Assembly: GCA_038896535.1 (NCBI GenBank)
Contig: JAWACY010000002.1
Location: 14,473-78,472, forward strand
Direction: 5' to 3'
DNA from: Candidatus Anstonellales archaeon
GTDB taxonomy: Archaea; Micrarchaeota; Micrarchaeia; Anstonellales; J096
Length of the DNA: 64,000 nucleotides
This document shows positions 53,325 to 63,936 of the stretch, in pieces. Each line of letters opens with the position of its first letter. The first letter of the stretch is position 1. The position numbers were made by a program, and so were the translations under genes. The notes below the pieces were generated by a model. It was given only the letters and a program-made list of their open reading frames with translations. It was not told where the DNA came from and ran no database searches.

Positions 53325-54836
53325 TTAAAAAACAACCCTCTTTATCATAGCCCTTCCATCTGATGTTGCATTTATGCCAAGCTTTAACAAAATGCTTTCC
53401 TCCTCATTTGATAACATATGCGTTGTATGCATTTCTGCCCCATTTAAATTATTTAGCATAGCCATCATTTTCTTTGCTTTTTTATTTTTCTCAGAGCTTA
53501 TTGATAATAATATAAGCATTTCTTTTATTGTCAAATGTGGGTCTTTATCTTTATATACAATGCTCCTTAGCTCCTTTACCCTTTCTATTGCATTCTGCCA
53601 TAAAACATGCTCTTCTTCTTTTATATTCGCTATGTATTTAAGTGCTTTTATTAGAACAGATGCTTCTGCATGCATATTTTTTCCATCCTTTGCTGATATT
53701 ATTTTGCCATTTATGTATAAAGCACAGCCAACATGGCTGCCTTTTGCTATTTTCCTGGCTTCATAAACTATCGGCCTTTCCTTTTTTATTGAGAGCTTAT
53801 GCTTATTTATTATTTCCTTTGCTCTCTTATATGCTTCATAACTCGAACTACCTTTCAGAAAATCGACATAATACCTAAATGCCCTTCTTATAATTTCTTG
53901 TTTTGCTGCTTTTTCACAAAGCCTTATATCAGTTATGGCATCTTTAATTGTATTTATCCCCATATCTGTTGGTGATTTATAATTATGCATGAAATTATCT
54001 TTACTTATCAATCTTTTTATCAATATTTTAAGAAGCCCAAATGTTTCAACATCCCTATTGTAGTTAACTGCTTTTATGCCATAAGCCTTTAAATGGTAGG
54101 GGTCTATTACATTATAATCCCCTATGTCAGCTGTTGCTGCTTCATATGCTATGTTTATTGGACTGTTTATGCTTATATTCCATACAGGAAATGTCTCAAA
54201 TTTCGCATAGCCAGAATCAATGCCTTTTAAGTAATCTTGGTATATCATTGCAAGGCATGTTGCCATCTTCCCAGAATTTGGGCCAGCTCCAGTAACAATA
54301 ACTATGTCTGCATTTGTTTTTATGAAAGGCTTTTTTGCAAATCCCTTTTCTGATGTTATTGCCTTTATATTTTTTGGGTAACCATCTATATAATTCATAA
54401 AATAAACATTCATGCCCTTTTCCTTCATAAGCTGTGAAAATGCAATTGCCTTTTTTTGCTTGTTGAAAAAGTTTATTACGCACGTATTTATTTTAAATCC
54501 AAGATTCCTTATTTCAGATATCATTTTTAATGTAAAGTCATTATAAGTCATGTTAAGGCTTCCGAGCTTTTCTTCTTTCTCTATATAATCAGCATTAACG
54601 CACAAAAGAAACTCTATATTTTTCAATTTTGCTAATTTTTTCACGGTTTTCATTTTTGCATTTATCTCATAACCTGGCAAGACTCTTGCTGCATGATAAT
54701 CATACATCAGCTTGCCTCCAAATTCTAAATAGAGCTTCTTAAATCTTGATGCTCTTTTTATAATTTCGCTTGATTGTAAATTAGTATAATAGTTGCAATC
54801 AAAACCTATTTTGCCATCATATCTTAATATGGTCAT
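53325..54836 (-). CDS. DUF1846 / UPF0371 family protein
   Basis: The N-terminal GFDCNYYTNLQSSEIIKRASRFKKLYLEFGGKLMYDYHAARVLPGY matches my recollection of the UPF0371 N-terminus. The length is about 500 aa. Confidence 0.65.
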   Translation of the reverse strand: MTILRYDGKIGFDCNYYTNLQSSEIIKRASRFKKLYLEFGGKLMYDYHAARVLPGYEINAKMKTVKKLAKLKNIEFLLCVNADYIEKEEKLGSLNMTYNDFTLKMISEIRNLGFKINTCVINFFNKQKKAIAFSQLMKEKGMNVYFMNYIDGYPKNIKAITSEKGFAKKPFIKTNADIVIVTGAGPNSGKMATCLAMIYQDYLKGIDSGYAKFETFPVWNISINSPINIAYEAATADIGDYNVIDPYHLKAYGIKAVNYNRDVETFGLLKILIKRLISKDNFMHNYKSPTDMGINTIKDAITDIRLCEKAAKQEIIRRAFRYYVDFLKGSSSYEAYKRAKEIINKHKLSIKKERPIVYEARKIAKGSHVGCALYINGKIISAKDGKNMHAEASVLIKALKYIANIKEEEHVLWQNAIERVKELRSIVYKDKDPHLTIKEMLILLSISSEKNKKAKKMMAMLNNLNGAEMHTTHMLSNEEESILLKLGINATSDGRAMIKRVVF

Positions 54837-54886
54837 AAATGCATATTAACATAGCAATATAAAAATATTTTGCAAGTAATTAGAGC

Positions 54887-55351
54887 ATGAATGTAATTGG
54901 GAAAATAAAGAAGAGAAAAGATGCTAGCTATGTTATCAATAGCTCTGGCGATATAATAGAGGAGAGGGTAATAGTAAAAATTGTTGGGAAAATAAAAAGA
55001 AAAGAAGGAAAAGAATATGTAATTCAAAAAAATGGAGATATAGTTGAAAAAGATGTAATGAATTTAACGTTTGATGAATATAATAAGCTAAAAGCTTCTG
55101 GAAAGCTTGCTGAAGAGATAAAAAAAGGAAAAATAATAAAAATTGTTTATGAAGATTTGCCTATCTCAGCATTGCAAAAGATTGAGGAGCATTATATTAA
55201 AGAGCAGATATTGGGAGCAACAATATTGGGGACTGAAATTATAAATAATAGTGATGGAACAAGAGAGATGAGGATAAAATTGGACAATAAGAAAACAATA
55301 GTATTAAGAGAGGGCCTGCTTGTGCAAGGCAGTGTTATTGAAATAGAATAA
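54887..55351 (+). CDS. Hypothetical protein with an internal duplicated ~27-aa unit
   Basis: The two units are VIGKIKKRKDASYVINSSGDIIEERV and IVGKIKRKEGKEYVIQKNGDIVEKDV. Confidence 0.4.
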   Translation: MNVIGKIKKRKDASYVINSSGDIIEERVIVKIVGKIKRKEGKEYVIQKNGDIVEKDVMNLTFDEYNKLKASGKLAEEIKKGKIIKIVYEDLPISALQKIEEHYIKEQILGATILGTEIINNSDGTREMRIKLDNKKTIVLREGLLVQGSVIEIE

Positions 55352-55387
55352 GGCTATTTTTATTGTTTTATTTAATGTTGTGATAAC

Positions 55388-55846
55388 ATGTTTATGAAAA
55401 AATATTTCATATTAACATTGCTTGCATTATTAGCGTATTTCCTTGTTGGCTGCATAAATGGCATAAACGGGAATGTTAATGATATAAACAATAGCAAAAA
55501 TAATAGCAAAGTAGAAAATGTATTTAATAAAACATTATTAAAAACGACAGAAGAAAATGAATACAAAATCTTAATATATTTGAAAGGTGAAAATCTTTCT
55601 ATATATGTCTCAACTGAAAAGCCAACACTTGGTTATAGCTTAAAGATAGATAATTACAATATATCAGATAATTCAATAATCCTTCATTTAACAATAAAAA
55701 AACCTGGACAAAGCTGCTTTGTTGGGCAGGCAATAACAGAAATAAAAGATAGCATAAATATAAAAATGCCAAAACCAATATCAGAATCTGAATTTAATAA
55801 CTTAGAAATAATAATAAATGATAATACATATGTATATGAGTGTTAA
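55388..55846 (+). CDS. Hypothetical lipoprotein-like protein
   Basis: The signal peptide has a lipobox-like LVGC. Confidence 0.45.
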   Translation: MFMKKYFILTLLALLAYFLVGCINGINGNVNDINNSKNNSKVENVFNKTLLKTTEENEYKILIYLKGENLSIYVSTEKPTLGYSLKIDNYNISDNSIILHLTIKKPGQSCFVGQAITEIKDSINIKMPKPISESEFNNLEIIINDNTYVYEC

Positions 55847-57093
55847 TCCTTTTTCCCTGCCCCTTTTTTCTCTGTTCTCATTTTCTCTATAGCACTTTTT
55901 ATATCATCCTTTTTTGGTTTTATTGAGCCACTCTCTATTAATTTATATATCTTTTCTATTTCATCACTGCTTGCCCCTAAAGATAATGCAATTGTTCTTG
56001 CATGCAGTTTCATATGCCCCTTTTGAATTCCAGATGTAGCTAAAGCAAGCGTTGCTGCAAAATTGTTTGCAATTCCAACACAAGCAATGATCATAGCCAA
56101 TTCATTAGCGCTTTTTGGTTTTGTTATTTCCATAGATGCTTTTGAATGATTTAATATATTTACCAAGCCCCCTTTTATGCCGACAGCAATTGGAATTTCA
56201 GCATTGGCCTTTATTCCTTTTTCATGCTCAACAAAATCAACTAATGGAAGCATGTTTTTTATGCTATAACTATGCAAGCATGCTTCCAATGCTCTGAAGT
56301 CTTGGCCAAAAGCAATTGCTACAGCATCAGCGCCATTCATAAATCCTTTATTATTTGTTACAAGCCTGAATATGTCATGCTTTGCTAGCTCAAATGCATC
56401 AAGAAATGCCTGCTTTTCTTCCTCATTTAAATTAAATACTGCATTGGCCTTTATTTTTCTATAAATTGCATAATTACTCAATATCCTCAATATAGCCTTT
56501 CCATTTGCTGTTTTTTCTAGTTCAGGGGCAAGTGCTTCTGCTGTGCTGTTTATTATATTTGCCCCCATTGCATCAGCAGTATTTACAAGAAATTTAAAAA
56601 TAACAAATTCTCCTCTGCTGCATATAAGTTTTTCTGTAAAAAAACCCTCCCAATGGCCACCATATTTTTCAAGCTCTTTTGTTAATTCTCTGCCCATCTC
56701 ATTTATTTCTCTTTTATGCTCGTTTATTTTCTCAATGCTTTTATCTGCATTTTCAACTTTTAATTGTATCATTCCAACCATATCATTGCCAAGTGCTTCT
56801 GCTGAGAAACCGTTTGGCAAAGCCAATTTGCATGCCTTATTTGCTGCTGCTATAACAGATGGCTCTTCTATAGCCATTGGAATAACATAATCATTCCCAT
56901 TCATCCTCAAATTAGTCAATAGGCCTAATGGCAAGCTTGCTATGCCAACAGCATTCTCTACTATTTTATCTGCTTGCTCTATTGATATTGGATTGGTAAT
57001 ATTATTTAATACATCAATGCCATACAATGCTTTTATTATTTCATGCCTTTCTTTTATGCTTTTTTTATAAAACTTATCAAATTTTTCCATCAT
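55843..57093 (-). CDS. HMG-CoA reductase, class II
   Basis: Motifs present are MAIEEPSVIAAAN, DAMGANIIN and VGIKGG. The ~416 aa length is typical of class II enzymes. Confidence 0.85.
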   Translation of the reverse strand: MMEKFDKFYKKSIKERHEIIKALYGIDVLNNITNPISIEQADKIVENAVGIASLPLGLLTNLRMNGNDYVIPMAIEEPSVIAAANKACKLALPNGFSAEALGNDMVGMIQLKVENADKSIEKINEHKREINEMGRELTKELEKYGGHWEGFFTEKLICSRGEFVIFKFLVNTADAMGANIINSTAEALAPELEKTANGKAILRILSNYAIYRKIKANAVFNLNEEEKQAFLDAFELAKHDIFRLVTNNKGFMNGADAVAIAFGQDFRALEACLHSYSIKNMLPLVDFVEHEKGIKANAEIPIAVGIKGGLVNILNHSKASMEITKPKSANELAMIIACVGIANNFAATLALATSGIQKGHMKLHARTIALSLGASSDEIEKIYKLIESGSIKPKKDDIKSAIEKMRTEKKGAGKKD

Positions 57094-57126
57094 AATAAAA
57101 CCTTTTTATGTTTTTATATACCTTGT

Positions 57127-57597
57127 TTAATGTTTAATGCCAACTTGCAAACTGTTTATTGGCTCTTCCATTGAATGCATTATGATATCAAACCGCTCTT
57201 TGTAAATTCTTGATAATATATTGTATAAATTCTTTTCAACGCCGTCGCCCATAATGTAAGCATTATTTATCTTTTTCACTATTCCTTTTTCTTTCAGCCT
57301 TTTTACATGATAATAGATAGTTTTTATACTCATATTATGTATTTTATCCGCCCTTTGTTTTATATCAGATATTGTTAATGGAATGCCTGCATTAAGGCCT
57401 TGTATAAGGGCATATAAAACAGCAACCATGCCTAATCTGCTCTCGCCTTCATTGATAAGGCCCAAACAAAGTGCAAGCCATTCTAACTTTTTTTCTTCAT
57501 TTACTCTGTAATCCATATTGAATGGTATTTTTTTCAATATAAGCTCCATATCAGCCCTTTGATTAATGCCTTTTTTAATGCCTGCCATTAAATGCAT
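57127..57597 (-). CDS. Winged helix-turn-helix transcriptional regulator-like protein
   Basis: The segment ISDIKQRADKIHNMSIKTIYYHVKRLKEKGIVKK is wHTH-like. Confidence 0.45.
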   Translation of the reverse strand: MHLMAGIKKGINQRADMELILKKIPFNMDYRVNEEKKLEWLALCLGLINEGESRLGMVAVLYALIQGLNAGIPLTISDIKQRADKIHNMSIKTIYYHVKRLKEKGIVKKINNAYIMGDGVEKNLYNILSRIYKERFDIIMHSMEEPINSLQVGIKH

Positions 57598-58783
57598 ATG
57601 GCATTATTTTTTTAAAGAATGCCTAATAAATGCTTTTATGGATAGCAAAGATTTATCTGCAAGAGTTTTGAAGACTGCAGGGCATAATATGATATTAAAC
57701 AATTACTATGATGATGCTATAATGTTCTATAAAGAAAGCAAAAACATAAAAGATGATGCTGAAACAATATATTATTTGGGCATTGCTTATTACAAAACAG
57801 GAAAGATAAAAGGCAGCAAAATATATATAAGAAAAGCAATGCAAATGTTTCAGACATTAAAACAATCTAAGATATTGGAGGATGAAGCAAACTATTATCT
57901 TATGCTTATATATTCAGATTTGAGGAACACAAAGGAATTAAAAGAAACGCTAGAATTACTTAAAGGCCTTGACCTATTTGAAAACCAAGCATATGTTGCT
58001 GGAAATCAAACATTTATTGTTGCTAAAGAAAAAAGAAAATTTGAATATGATCAAAGCATAGATAAAGAAATAGTAGATGACCCAGTATTAATAGAGATAT
58101 ACAATTTTATTTATCCTTATGTAAAAGAGCTTTATAATTTAAGTGATGAAGATACAAAAAAAATTGTCAGTAGGAGGATTATCAATACAAATAAAGAAGT
58201 TTTAAAATATTTTGGCAAGATGCAGATAGTGCCATTATCAATAGGAATAATAATAGGCATTATAAGAGATAAAAAAACGGCATTGAGGTTTCTTGAAATA
58301 ACAAAAAGAACTGGTATGATAAGAAGGGAATTTATAGAAAGTCTGCCAGTCTTTACAAGATATGTTGTAAAGGAATTTCTTAAAAAGATGGGATTAACAT
58401 TTGAAAAAGAGCATTTGGCCATGCCTTATGTTGCTGAAAAGAAGATTGAAATATTAAAAAGTGCAATAGATACATTAAAAACATTCGAGCAAAAAAAAGA
58501 CAAAGAGAAAATTAAGAAAGCACTTATCTCGCTCTCTGTTTATGATGAATATAATGACTTAAAGCCTATATTGGATGATATAAATAAAGCTATGCCAATA
58601 TCTGGCTTCATGTTAAAAAAATCATTCTCTTCTTTCATCATAAATCAGTTGAGGGACTTAAAAAGGGCGCTTGCAGCATTTTATTCAGAAGACCAAGCAG
58701 GCCTTATATTAAAAGTCATTGTATCTGACTTAGATTTAGAAGAAAAGGATAAAATAGATATATTATTTTTATTGGGTATTTGA
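57566..58783 (+). CDS. Hypothetical protein with N-terminal TPR-like repeats
   Basis: NYYDDAIMFYKESKNI...IYYLGIAYYKTGKIKGSKIYIRKAMQMF shows TPR-like periodicity. Confidence 0.4.
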   Translation: MPFLMPAIKCIWHYFFKECLINAFMDSKDLSARVLKTAGHNMILNNYYDDAIMFYKESKNIKDDAETIYYLGIAYYKTGKIKGSKIYIRKAMQMFQTLKQSKILEDEANYYLMLIYSDLRNTKELKETLELLKGLDLFENQAYVAGNQTFIVAKEKRKFEYDQSIDKEIVDDPVLIEIYNFIYPYVKELYNLSDEDTKKIVSRRIINTNKEVLKYFGKMQIVPLSIGIIIGIIRDKKTALRFLEITKRTGMIRREFIESLPVFTRYVVKEFLKKMGLTFEKEHLAMPYVAEKKIEILKSAIDTLKTFEQKKDKEKIKKALISLSVYDEYNDLKPILDDINKAMPISGFMLKKSFSSFIINQLRDLKRALAAFYSEDQAGLILKVIVSDLDLEEKDKIDILFLLGI

Positions 58784-58823
58784 TAGATATAAAAATATAA
58801 AGATTTTGCTAACAAAATAATTC

Positions 58824-59165
58824 ATGCAGAAAAATGATAATGAGCAGATTGATGATGAATTAAATAGAATAAAGCAGGTCATAATAAAAAAGCTTGAAGA
58901 AGTTAACGACCCAGAGTTCGGCGTTGATATAGTGAATCTTGGGCTCATATATGAGATTAAAATAAACAAAGATGAAAAAAAGGCATACATAAAAATGACA
59001 ATGACTACACCAACATGTCCTTTTGCTGCACTCATATTGAGAGAAGTGCAGGAAAAGCTAAGCAAAATAGATGAGCTTGATGAAATACATGTTGAGCTTG
59101 TTTGGGACCCACCTTGGAGCGCAGACATGATGTCTGAAGAGGCAAAATTAATGCTTGGTATTTGA
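58824..59165 (+). CDS. DUF59 / MIP18-family Fe-S cluster assembly protein (SufT-like)
   Basis: The segment VNDPEFGVDIVNLGLIYEI...MTMTTPTCPFA is the DUF59 signature. Confidence 0.75.
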   Translation: MQKNDNEQIDDELNRIKQVIIKKLEEVNDPEFGVDIVNLGLIYEIKINKDEKKAYIKMTMTTPTCPFAALILREVQEKLSKIDELDEIHVELVWDPPWSADMMSEEAKLMLGI

Positions 59166-59665
59166 GGGATAAAATGAAAATAACAACAAAAAGAGGAGAT
59201 AATGGAAAAACTGAACTTGCTGGAAAAATATTGAATAAACAAGATAAAGAAATAAAGGCTTTGGGCCTTATTGATGAACTGTTAACGCAACTTGCACTGG
59301 CAAAGTATGAAACGCAATTTAAAGAGCTTGATAAATTGATTGATTTTTGCTATCATGCTATGGCTTATATAAATGGGGCTGATGTAGAAATAAGAAAATG
59401 GCAGGAATTCTTTGATGACATATGCGAAAAAGGCATAAGTGATAATATAAATTTATTTGTAAAACCAAATGGCAGATCATGCTATATACATGTTGCAAGA
59501 GCAAAAGCAAGGCAAGCAGAAATAGCAGTAATAGAAGCTTTCGGCGTTTGCGAGCTTTCAAAGGCATTTAACAGACTTTCAGATGTTTTATTTATATTTG
59601 CTTATGAATACCAAAAGGCAGAGGGCGCATTAGATTTCTTTCAAAATGACCCAAAAAAGATTTAA
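59162..59665 (+). CDS. ATP:cob(I)alamin adenosyltransferase, PduO type
   Basis: The N-terminus is ITTKRGDNGKTEL. The likely ATG start is at 59174. Confidence 0.75.
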   Translation: MRDKMKITTKRGDNGKTELAGKILNKQDKEIKALGLIDELLTQLALAKYETQFKELDKLIDFCYHAMAYINGADVEIRKWQEFFDDICEKGISDNINLFVKPNGRSCYIHVARAKARQAEIAVIEAFGVCELSKAFNRLSDVLFIFAYEYQKAEGALDFFQNDPKKI

Positions 59666-59698
59666 AAAGAAAAATGCTAAATCATTATGGCGATATAA

Positions 59699-60544
59699 AT
59701 GGGCGGGAAAATAAAAAATGCACATCCAAGAATTTGGCATTCAAAAAATTTGCATTTAATCTTTTTAATCTTATTTATTTTATTCATCCCATTATCATTT
59801 TCAGCTATAAATGTAACAAATGTGTTAACAGAAATAACATTGAATAAAGATGGCACTGCTACAGTGCAGGAGAAAATAAGCATATTCATAAGCAATGAAC
59901 TTGACATAGTTGATTACAATAAAGCAGCTGAAAAAAATAATATACAGGCATGGCAGCAACTTCTTAATAATGATGAAGTAAGGCTTCATGTTGACTTATC
60001 AAAAGTACAGCTGATTGGCGATATTAAGATAAGCCCACAACCAATAAAGAGCACAATACAAGGATTCTCAGGAGTTATAATAATAAATTACAGGGTCTCT
60101 GGCTTGTTTGAAGAAAAAGTAATAAAGCCCAGGGTAATGTCATATAAGCTTAATAGCAATGCATTATCATTCAAAAAAACAGATGCAGGAAATTTAATAT
60201 TAAAAAATAATGTTTTATTGCAAATAAATCTGCCAGATAATGTTTATGTATCTGATATAAATCCGCTTCCTTCAAACATAAAAAGTGAATCAGATTTAAT
60301 AAATGCGAAATCATTTTATTGGAGAGATATCATAATGGTTGACCCAAAACTTGAGGTTATATTAGAACAGCCAATAAGTGAGGAGATAAATGCATTTTTT
60401 GAATCTCTTGTTTCATATATTTTCTCTCTTACTGCGAAGCAAGAAACACTTATCTATGTCGCTTTAATAATTGTGCTTGTTTTTCTCTACATTTACATAA
60501 TATCAAACATAAAGGGATGGAAATATGGAATTAGCAAGAAATGA
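59699..60544 (+). CDS. Hypothetical secreted/membrane-anchored protein
   Basis: There is an N-terminal signal anchor (LHLIFLILFILFIPLSFSA) and a C-terminal TM helix (LIYVALIIVLVFLYIYII). Confidence 0.4.
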   Translation: MGGKIKNAHPRIWHSKNLHLIFLILFILFIPLSFSAINVTNVLTEITLNKDGTATVQEKISIFISNELDIVDYNKAAEKNNIQAWQQLLNNDEVRLHVDLSKVQLIGDIKISPQPIKSTIQGFSGVIIINYRVSGLFEEKVIKPRVMSYKLNSNALSFKKTDAGNLILKNNVLLQINLPDNVYVSDINPLPSNIKSESDLINAKSFYWRDIIMVDPKLEVILEQPISEEINAFFESLVSYIFSLTAKQETLIYVALIIVLVFLYIYIISNIKGWKYGISKK

Positions 60545-61922
60545 AATATTAATATTAAAAGCTTTGAAGAACATAAGAGAAAGCAGTGATTTAGAGCTGG
60601 CAAAAATTACTGGCTTAAACATGGATGGCGTTAGGAGGGGGTTATATTTCTTAAGTGAAAAGGGCCTTGTTAGGATATTTGAAGAGAAAAAAATAAGCTA
60701 TAAAATAACTGAAATGGGCATTGATGCAATAAAAAATGGCATGCCAGAAGAGAAAATAACAAAATACAAATATCTAAAAGAACTGCCAAAAGATTTATTC
60801 TTTATTCTTGGGCAGTTAAAACAAGCGGGATATTTGAAAGTAGAAAATGGAAAAATAGTAATATTGAAAAACATTGATGGATTAAAAATCATGAATTTCA
60901 AGAAGGCCATTGATAATGTTGATATCATAAATAGTTTTGATAAAGAATTAATACAAGAGCTTCTCAGAAGGGGCTATTTAAAAGAAGAGAAATTGATAAG
61001 CATTAATGCATCAATAACAGAAAAGGGCATTTTATATGAAATAGATGAAACATTTGCAGGAAAATTAACAAGAAAAATGCTTGAAAATAATGAATGGAAA
61101 AATCTAACTTTTAGACATTATGTAATAAAAGAGAATGAAGTAGAAGAAGAAAAATGTAGCAATGAACATCCTTTGAATATTGCAATAAATAACATAAGGC
61201 AGATATTTTTGAGCATGGGATTTAAGGAAATGACTGGCAATTATGTTGAAACCTCATTTTGGAATTTTGATGCTTTATACCAACCCCAGGACCATCCATC
61301 AAGAGAACTTGCAGACACATTTTTTTTGCCTTTTAACAGCAATGAAAAGATCCCTGATGAAATATTAGAGAAAGCCAAAGTAGAGCATGAAGCAGGATGG
61401 AAGCAAAAATGGAAAATAGAAGAAGCAAAAAAAGCAATTTTAAGAACACACACAACAGTTTTATCTGCTAGAACATTGGCAAAATACAAAAGAGGAAAGT
61501 TCTTTGCAATAGGCAGGGTTTTTAGAAATGAGGCAGTTGATTACAAACATCTTGCTGAATTTCATCAAGTGGAAGGCATAGTAGCTGACGAGAATGTTAA
61601 CTTTAGACATTTACTTGGCATATTAAAAGAGTTTTTTACAAAACTTGGATTCCCCAAGATAAGGTTTAGGCCATCATTCTTTCCATACACAGAGCCGAGC
61701 TTAGAAATAGAGGTTTATTTTGATAAGAAAAATGATTGGATAGAAATAGGTGGAGCAGGCATTTTCAGGCGGGAAGTTTCTAGAATATTGAATTGCACAT
61801 ATCCAGTTTTAGCATTTGGCCTAAGCTTAGAAAGGCCATTAATGATGCTGGCTGGACTTGATGATATAAGAGAGTTCTACAATAACGATTTTTCAATATA
61901 TGACATTAAATATGAGTTTTGA
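60525..61922 (+). CDS. pheS: Phenylalanyl-tRNA synthetase alpha subunit
   Basis: The class II motifs are LRTHTT, FRNEAVDYKHLAEFHQVEG and GAGIFR. N-terminal wHTH repeats are present. Confidence 0.9.
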   Translation: MELARNEILILKALKNIRESSDLELAKITGLNMDGVRRGLYFLSEKGLVRIFEEKKISYKITEMGIDAIKNGMPEEKITKYKYLKELPKDLFFILGQLKQAGYLKVENGKIVILKNIDGLKIMNFKKAIDNVDIINSFDKELIQELLRRGYLKEEKLISINASITEKGILYEIDETFAGKLTRKMLENNEWKNLTFRHYVIKENEVEEEKCSNEHPLNIAINNIRQIFLSMGFKEMTGNYVETSFWNFDALYQPQDHPSRELADTFFLPFNSNEKIPDEILEKAKVEHEAGWKQKWKIEEAKKAILRTHTTVLSARTLAKYKRGKFFAIGRVFRNEAVDYKHLAEFHQVEGIVADENVNFRHLLGILKEFFTKLGFPKIRFRPSFFPYTEPSLEIEVYFDKKNDWIEIGGAGIFRREVSRILNCTYPVLAFGLSLERPLMMLAGLDDIREFYNNDFSIYDIKYEF

Positions 61923-61946
61923 TGAATGTATTGATAAATATGGGTT

Positions 61947-62765
61947 TTGAATATTTTATGGGTTTTGACTGATAAAATGGCAGAAAATGAAAAAAAACAT
62001 TTTCCATACGAGATAATAGGGGATATAGCAATAATAGAAATAGATAAAAAACATGGGGAAAAAATAGGCAAGCAAGCATTGGAATTTGCAAACCAATTAT
62101 TAACAATGCCCTATATAAAAAGCGTGTTTATTAAATCAAGTGCTGTTTCTGGCAGTTTTAGAACAAGAAAATTAATATTTCTAGTAGGCATAAACAAAAG
62201 CGAAACAATTCATAAAGAGCATGGCATTAAACTTATGCTTGATATAAATAAAGTTTATTTTTCTCCGAGGCTTTCAGAAGAAAGAAAAAGGATAGCAATG
62301 CAAGTAAAAAATAATGAGAATATTGCAGTATTATTTGGTGGCATAGCTCCATATGCGCTTGTTATATGGAAGTATAATAAAGATAAAAATATTAACATAA
62401 TGACAATGGAGCTAAATAGAGATGCTTGTTATTATGCCAAAAAAAACATAGAGATTAATAAAGCGCAAGATAAAATAAAAGCAATATGCGATGACGTTAA
62501 AAATATATATGAATACAAAAATTATGAATCTTGGGCTGATAGAATAATAGCACCACTGCCAAAAGATGTTATAAGCTTCTTTGATGAGATAAAATATGTT
62601 GCAAAAGACCATGCTATTTGCCATATTTATGTTTTTGCAAAAGATGAAAAAGAGGCAATAGAAAAAACAAAGGCGCTTGGAAATATAATATTTGCAAAAC
62701 AATGCGGAAGCTATAGCAAAGATATATCAAGATTTGTCGTTGATATCGAAATAAAAAAATCTTAA
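61947..62765 (+). CDS. trm5: tRNA (guanine37-N1)-methyltransferase Trm5 / Taw2-like (Met-10+ family)
   Basis: Motifs present are FPYEIIGDIAIIEI and VYFSPRLSEERKRI, with an SAM-binding-like FGGIAPYA. The likely ATG start is at 61977. Confidence 0.75.
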   Translation: MNILWVLTDKMAENEKKHFPYEIIGDIAIIEIDKKHGEKIGKQALEFANQLLTMPYIKSVFIKSSAVSGSFRTRKLIFLVGINKSETIHKEHGIKLMLDINKVYFSPRLSEERKRIAMQVKNNENIAVLFGGIAPYALVIWKYNKDKNINIMTMELNRDACYYAKKNIEINKAQDKIKAICDDVKNIYEYKNYESWADRIIAPLPKDVISFFDEIKYVAKDHAICHIYVFAKDEKEAIEKTKALGNIIFAKQCGSYSKDISRFVVDIEIKKS

Positions 62766-63069
62766 CTATTGCTCAACTATTAATTTCACGCTTTTTCATG
62801 CTTTTTATGGGCTTAATTTATCTCTCTATTTATTTATCTTCTCATTAAAACTTAAATCACAAGTTAAACCCAAGGCAAAAATTCCTGCCATCTACATTTC
62901 TAGCATATGCTATTCTTTTTTACAGCTTTACTCTTCCTTCTTTCCTTCTATCCCGGCAGAGCATCTGCAAATTTTCTGTCCTGCTTATTCTTATGCCCTT
63001 ACTTCTACCCTTCTATTTTGCCTCATACTGCCAATGCTCTGCTCTGCTTTGCCTTTATCATTTTTAAGA

Positions 63070-63936
63070 TTAATTTAACGTCACAACCATTGAGACAGAT
63101 GCTGTTATTTTCACTTTCTTTGTTTCTATTTGTGTTTCTGCTGCTTGAGATAGATATGGGCCATATGGAGATTTTGCATAATAAATTGGTATTGGATAAG
63201 CCAAGCCAGATGAAACAGACATTTCTTTTATATTTACAACTTCCTTGTTTATTTCTTTTGCTACTAATTTAGCTTTATTTTCTGCATTACTTATTGCAAT
63301 TTTTAATGCCTCTTCTTTCTTTTGCTCTTCCAAGTCATTTGTCAATTTGTAATTAATATAACTTATGCTTGTATTATCAAAACTTGCTATTGCATCTATT
63401 ACTTTTCCTGCTAAAGTTATATTATTCACCATAACGCTTAAAGTATGCGTTGTCATATACCCTTTAAATACTGTTTTTTGCTCATTATTTAGATATATGT
63501 ATTCATAATAAGGATTTATTGTATATTGCTCCGTTTGTATTGATTTCTCATCTATACCTATGCTCTTTAACTTTTCTTTTATTGATGAATATATAAATGC
63601 ATTTCTTTCTGCTGAATAGCTGGCATTTGTCTCAAGTGTTTGAATATAAAAACCAATAACAAGCAAGTCTGGATTTACTTCCAAAACAGCAGTTTCTGTA
63701 AAAGATAGCTTTGTTAACTTGCCATCGTTGTTTTGCTCTTGGCCATTTTCTTGATTGCTCATTGCCTGATTTTGCTGGCTATTAAAAGCACTTTGCTTAT
63801 TTATATTTTCCACATTTTGGCTCGTTAAGTTTGTCTGCATATTAGAAGCTTTCGACTGCACTGTATAATAAGATAAAAATAATAATATAGCAAATAAAAC
63901 AACAATAATAATGATATTGTTAAATTTTGAAAGCAT
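63070..63936 (-). CDS. SIMPL (DUF541) domain protein, membrane-anchored
   Basis: An N-terminal TM anchor is followed by EVNPDLLVIGFYIQT...ERNAFIYSSIKEKLKSIGIDEKSIQTEQYTINPYYEY...FKGY. This matches the SIMPL/DUF541 pattern. Confidence 0.6.
   Translation of the reverse strand: MLSKFNNIIIIVVLFAILLFLSYYTVQSKASNMQTNLTSQNVENINKQSAFNSQQNQAMSNQENGQEQNNDGKLTKLSFTETAVLEVNPDLLVIGFYIQTLETNASYSAERNAFIYSSIKEKLKSIGIDEKSIQTEQYTINPYYEYIYLNNEQKTVFKGYMTTHTLSVMVNNITLAGKVIDAIASFDNTSISYINYKLTNDLEEQKKEEALKIAISNAENKAKLVAKEINKEVVNIKEMSVSSGLAYPIPIYYAKSPYGPYLSQAAETQIETKKVKITASVSMVVTLN

Noticed and set aside
62766-63272. A pyrimidine-rich (T/C) ~300-bp spacer and the plus-strand ORF 62907-63272 (MLFFFTALLFLLSF...) might encode a small membrane protein or an ncRNA.
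   Set aside because: The hydrophobic translation follows directly from the T/C richness. Half of the ORF is antisense to the SIMPL-domain gene. I could find no start context, stem-loops or C/D-box-like motifs. It remains merely an unusually strand-skewed spacer.
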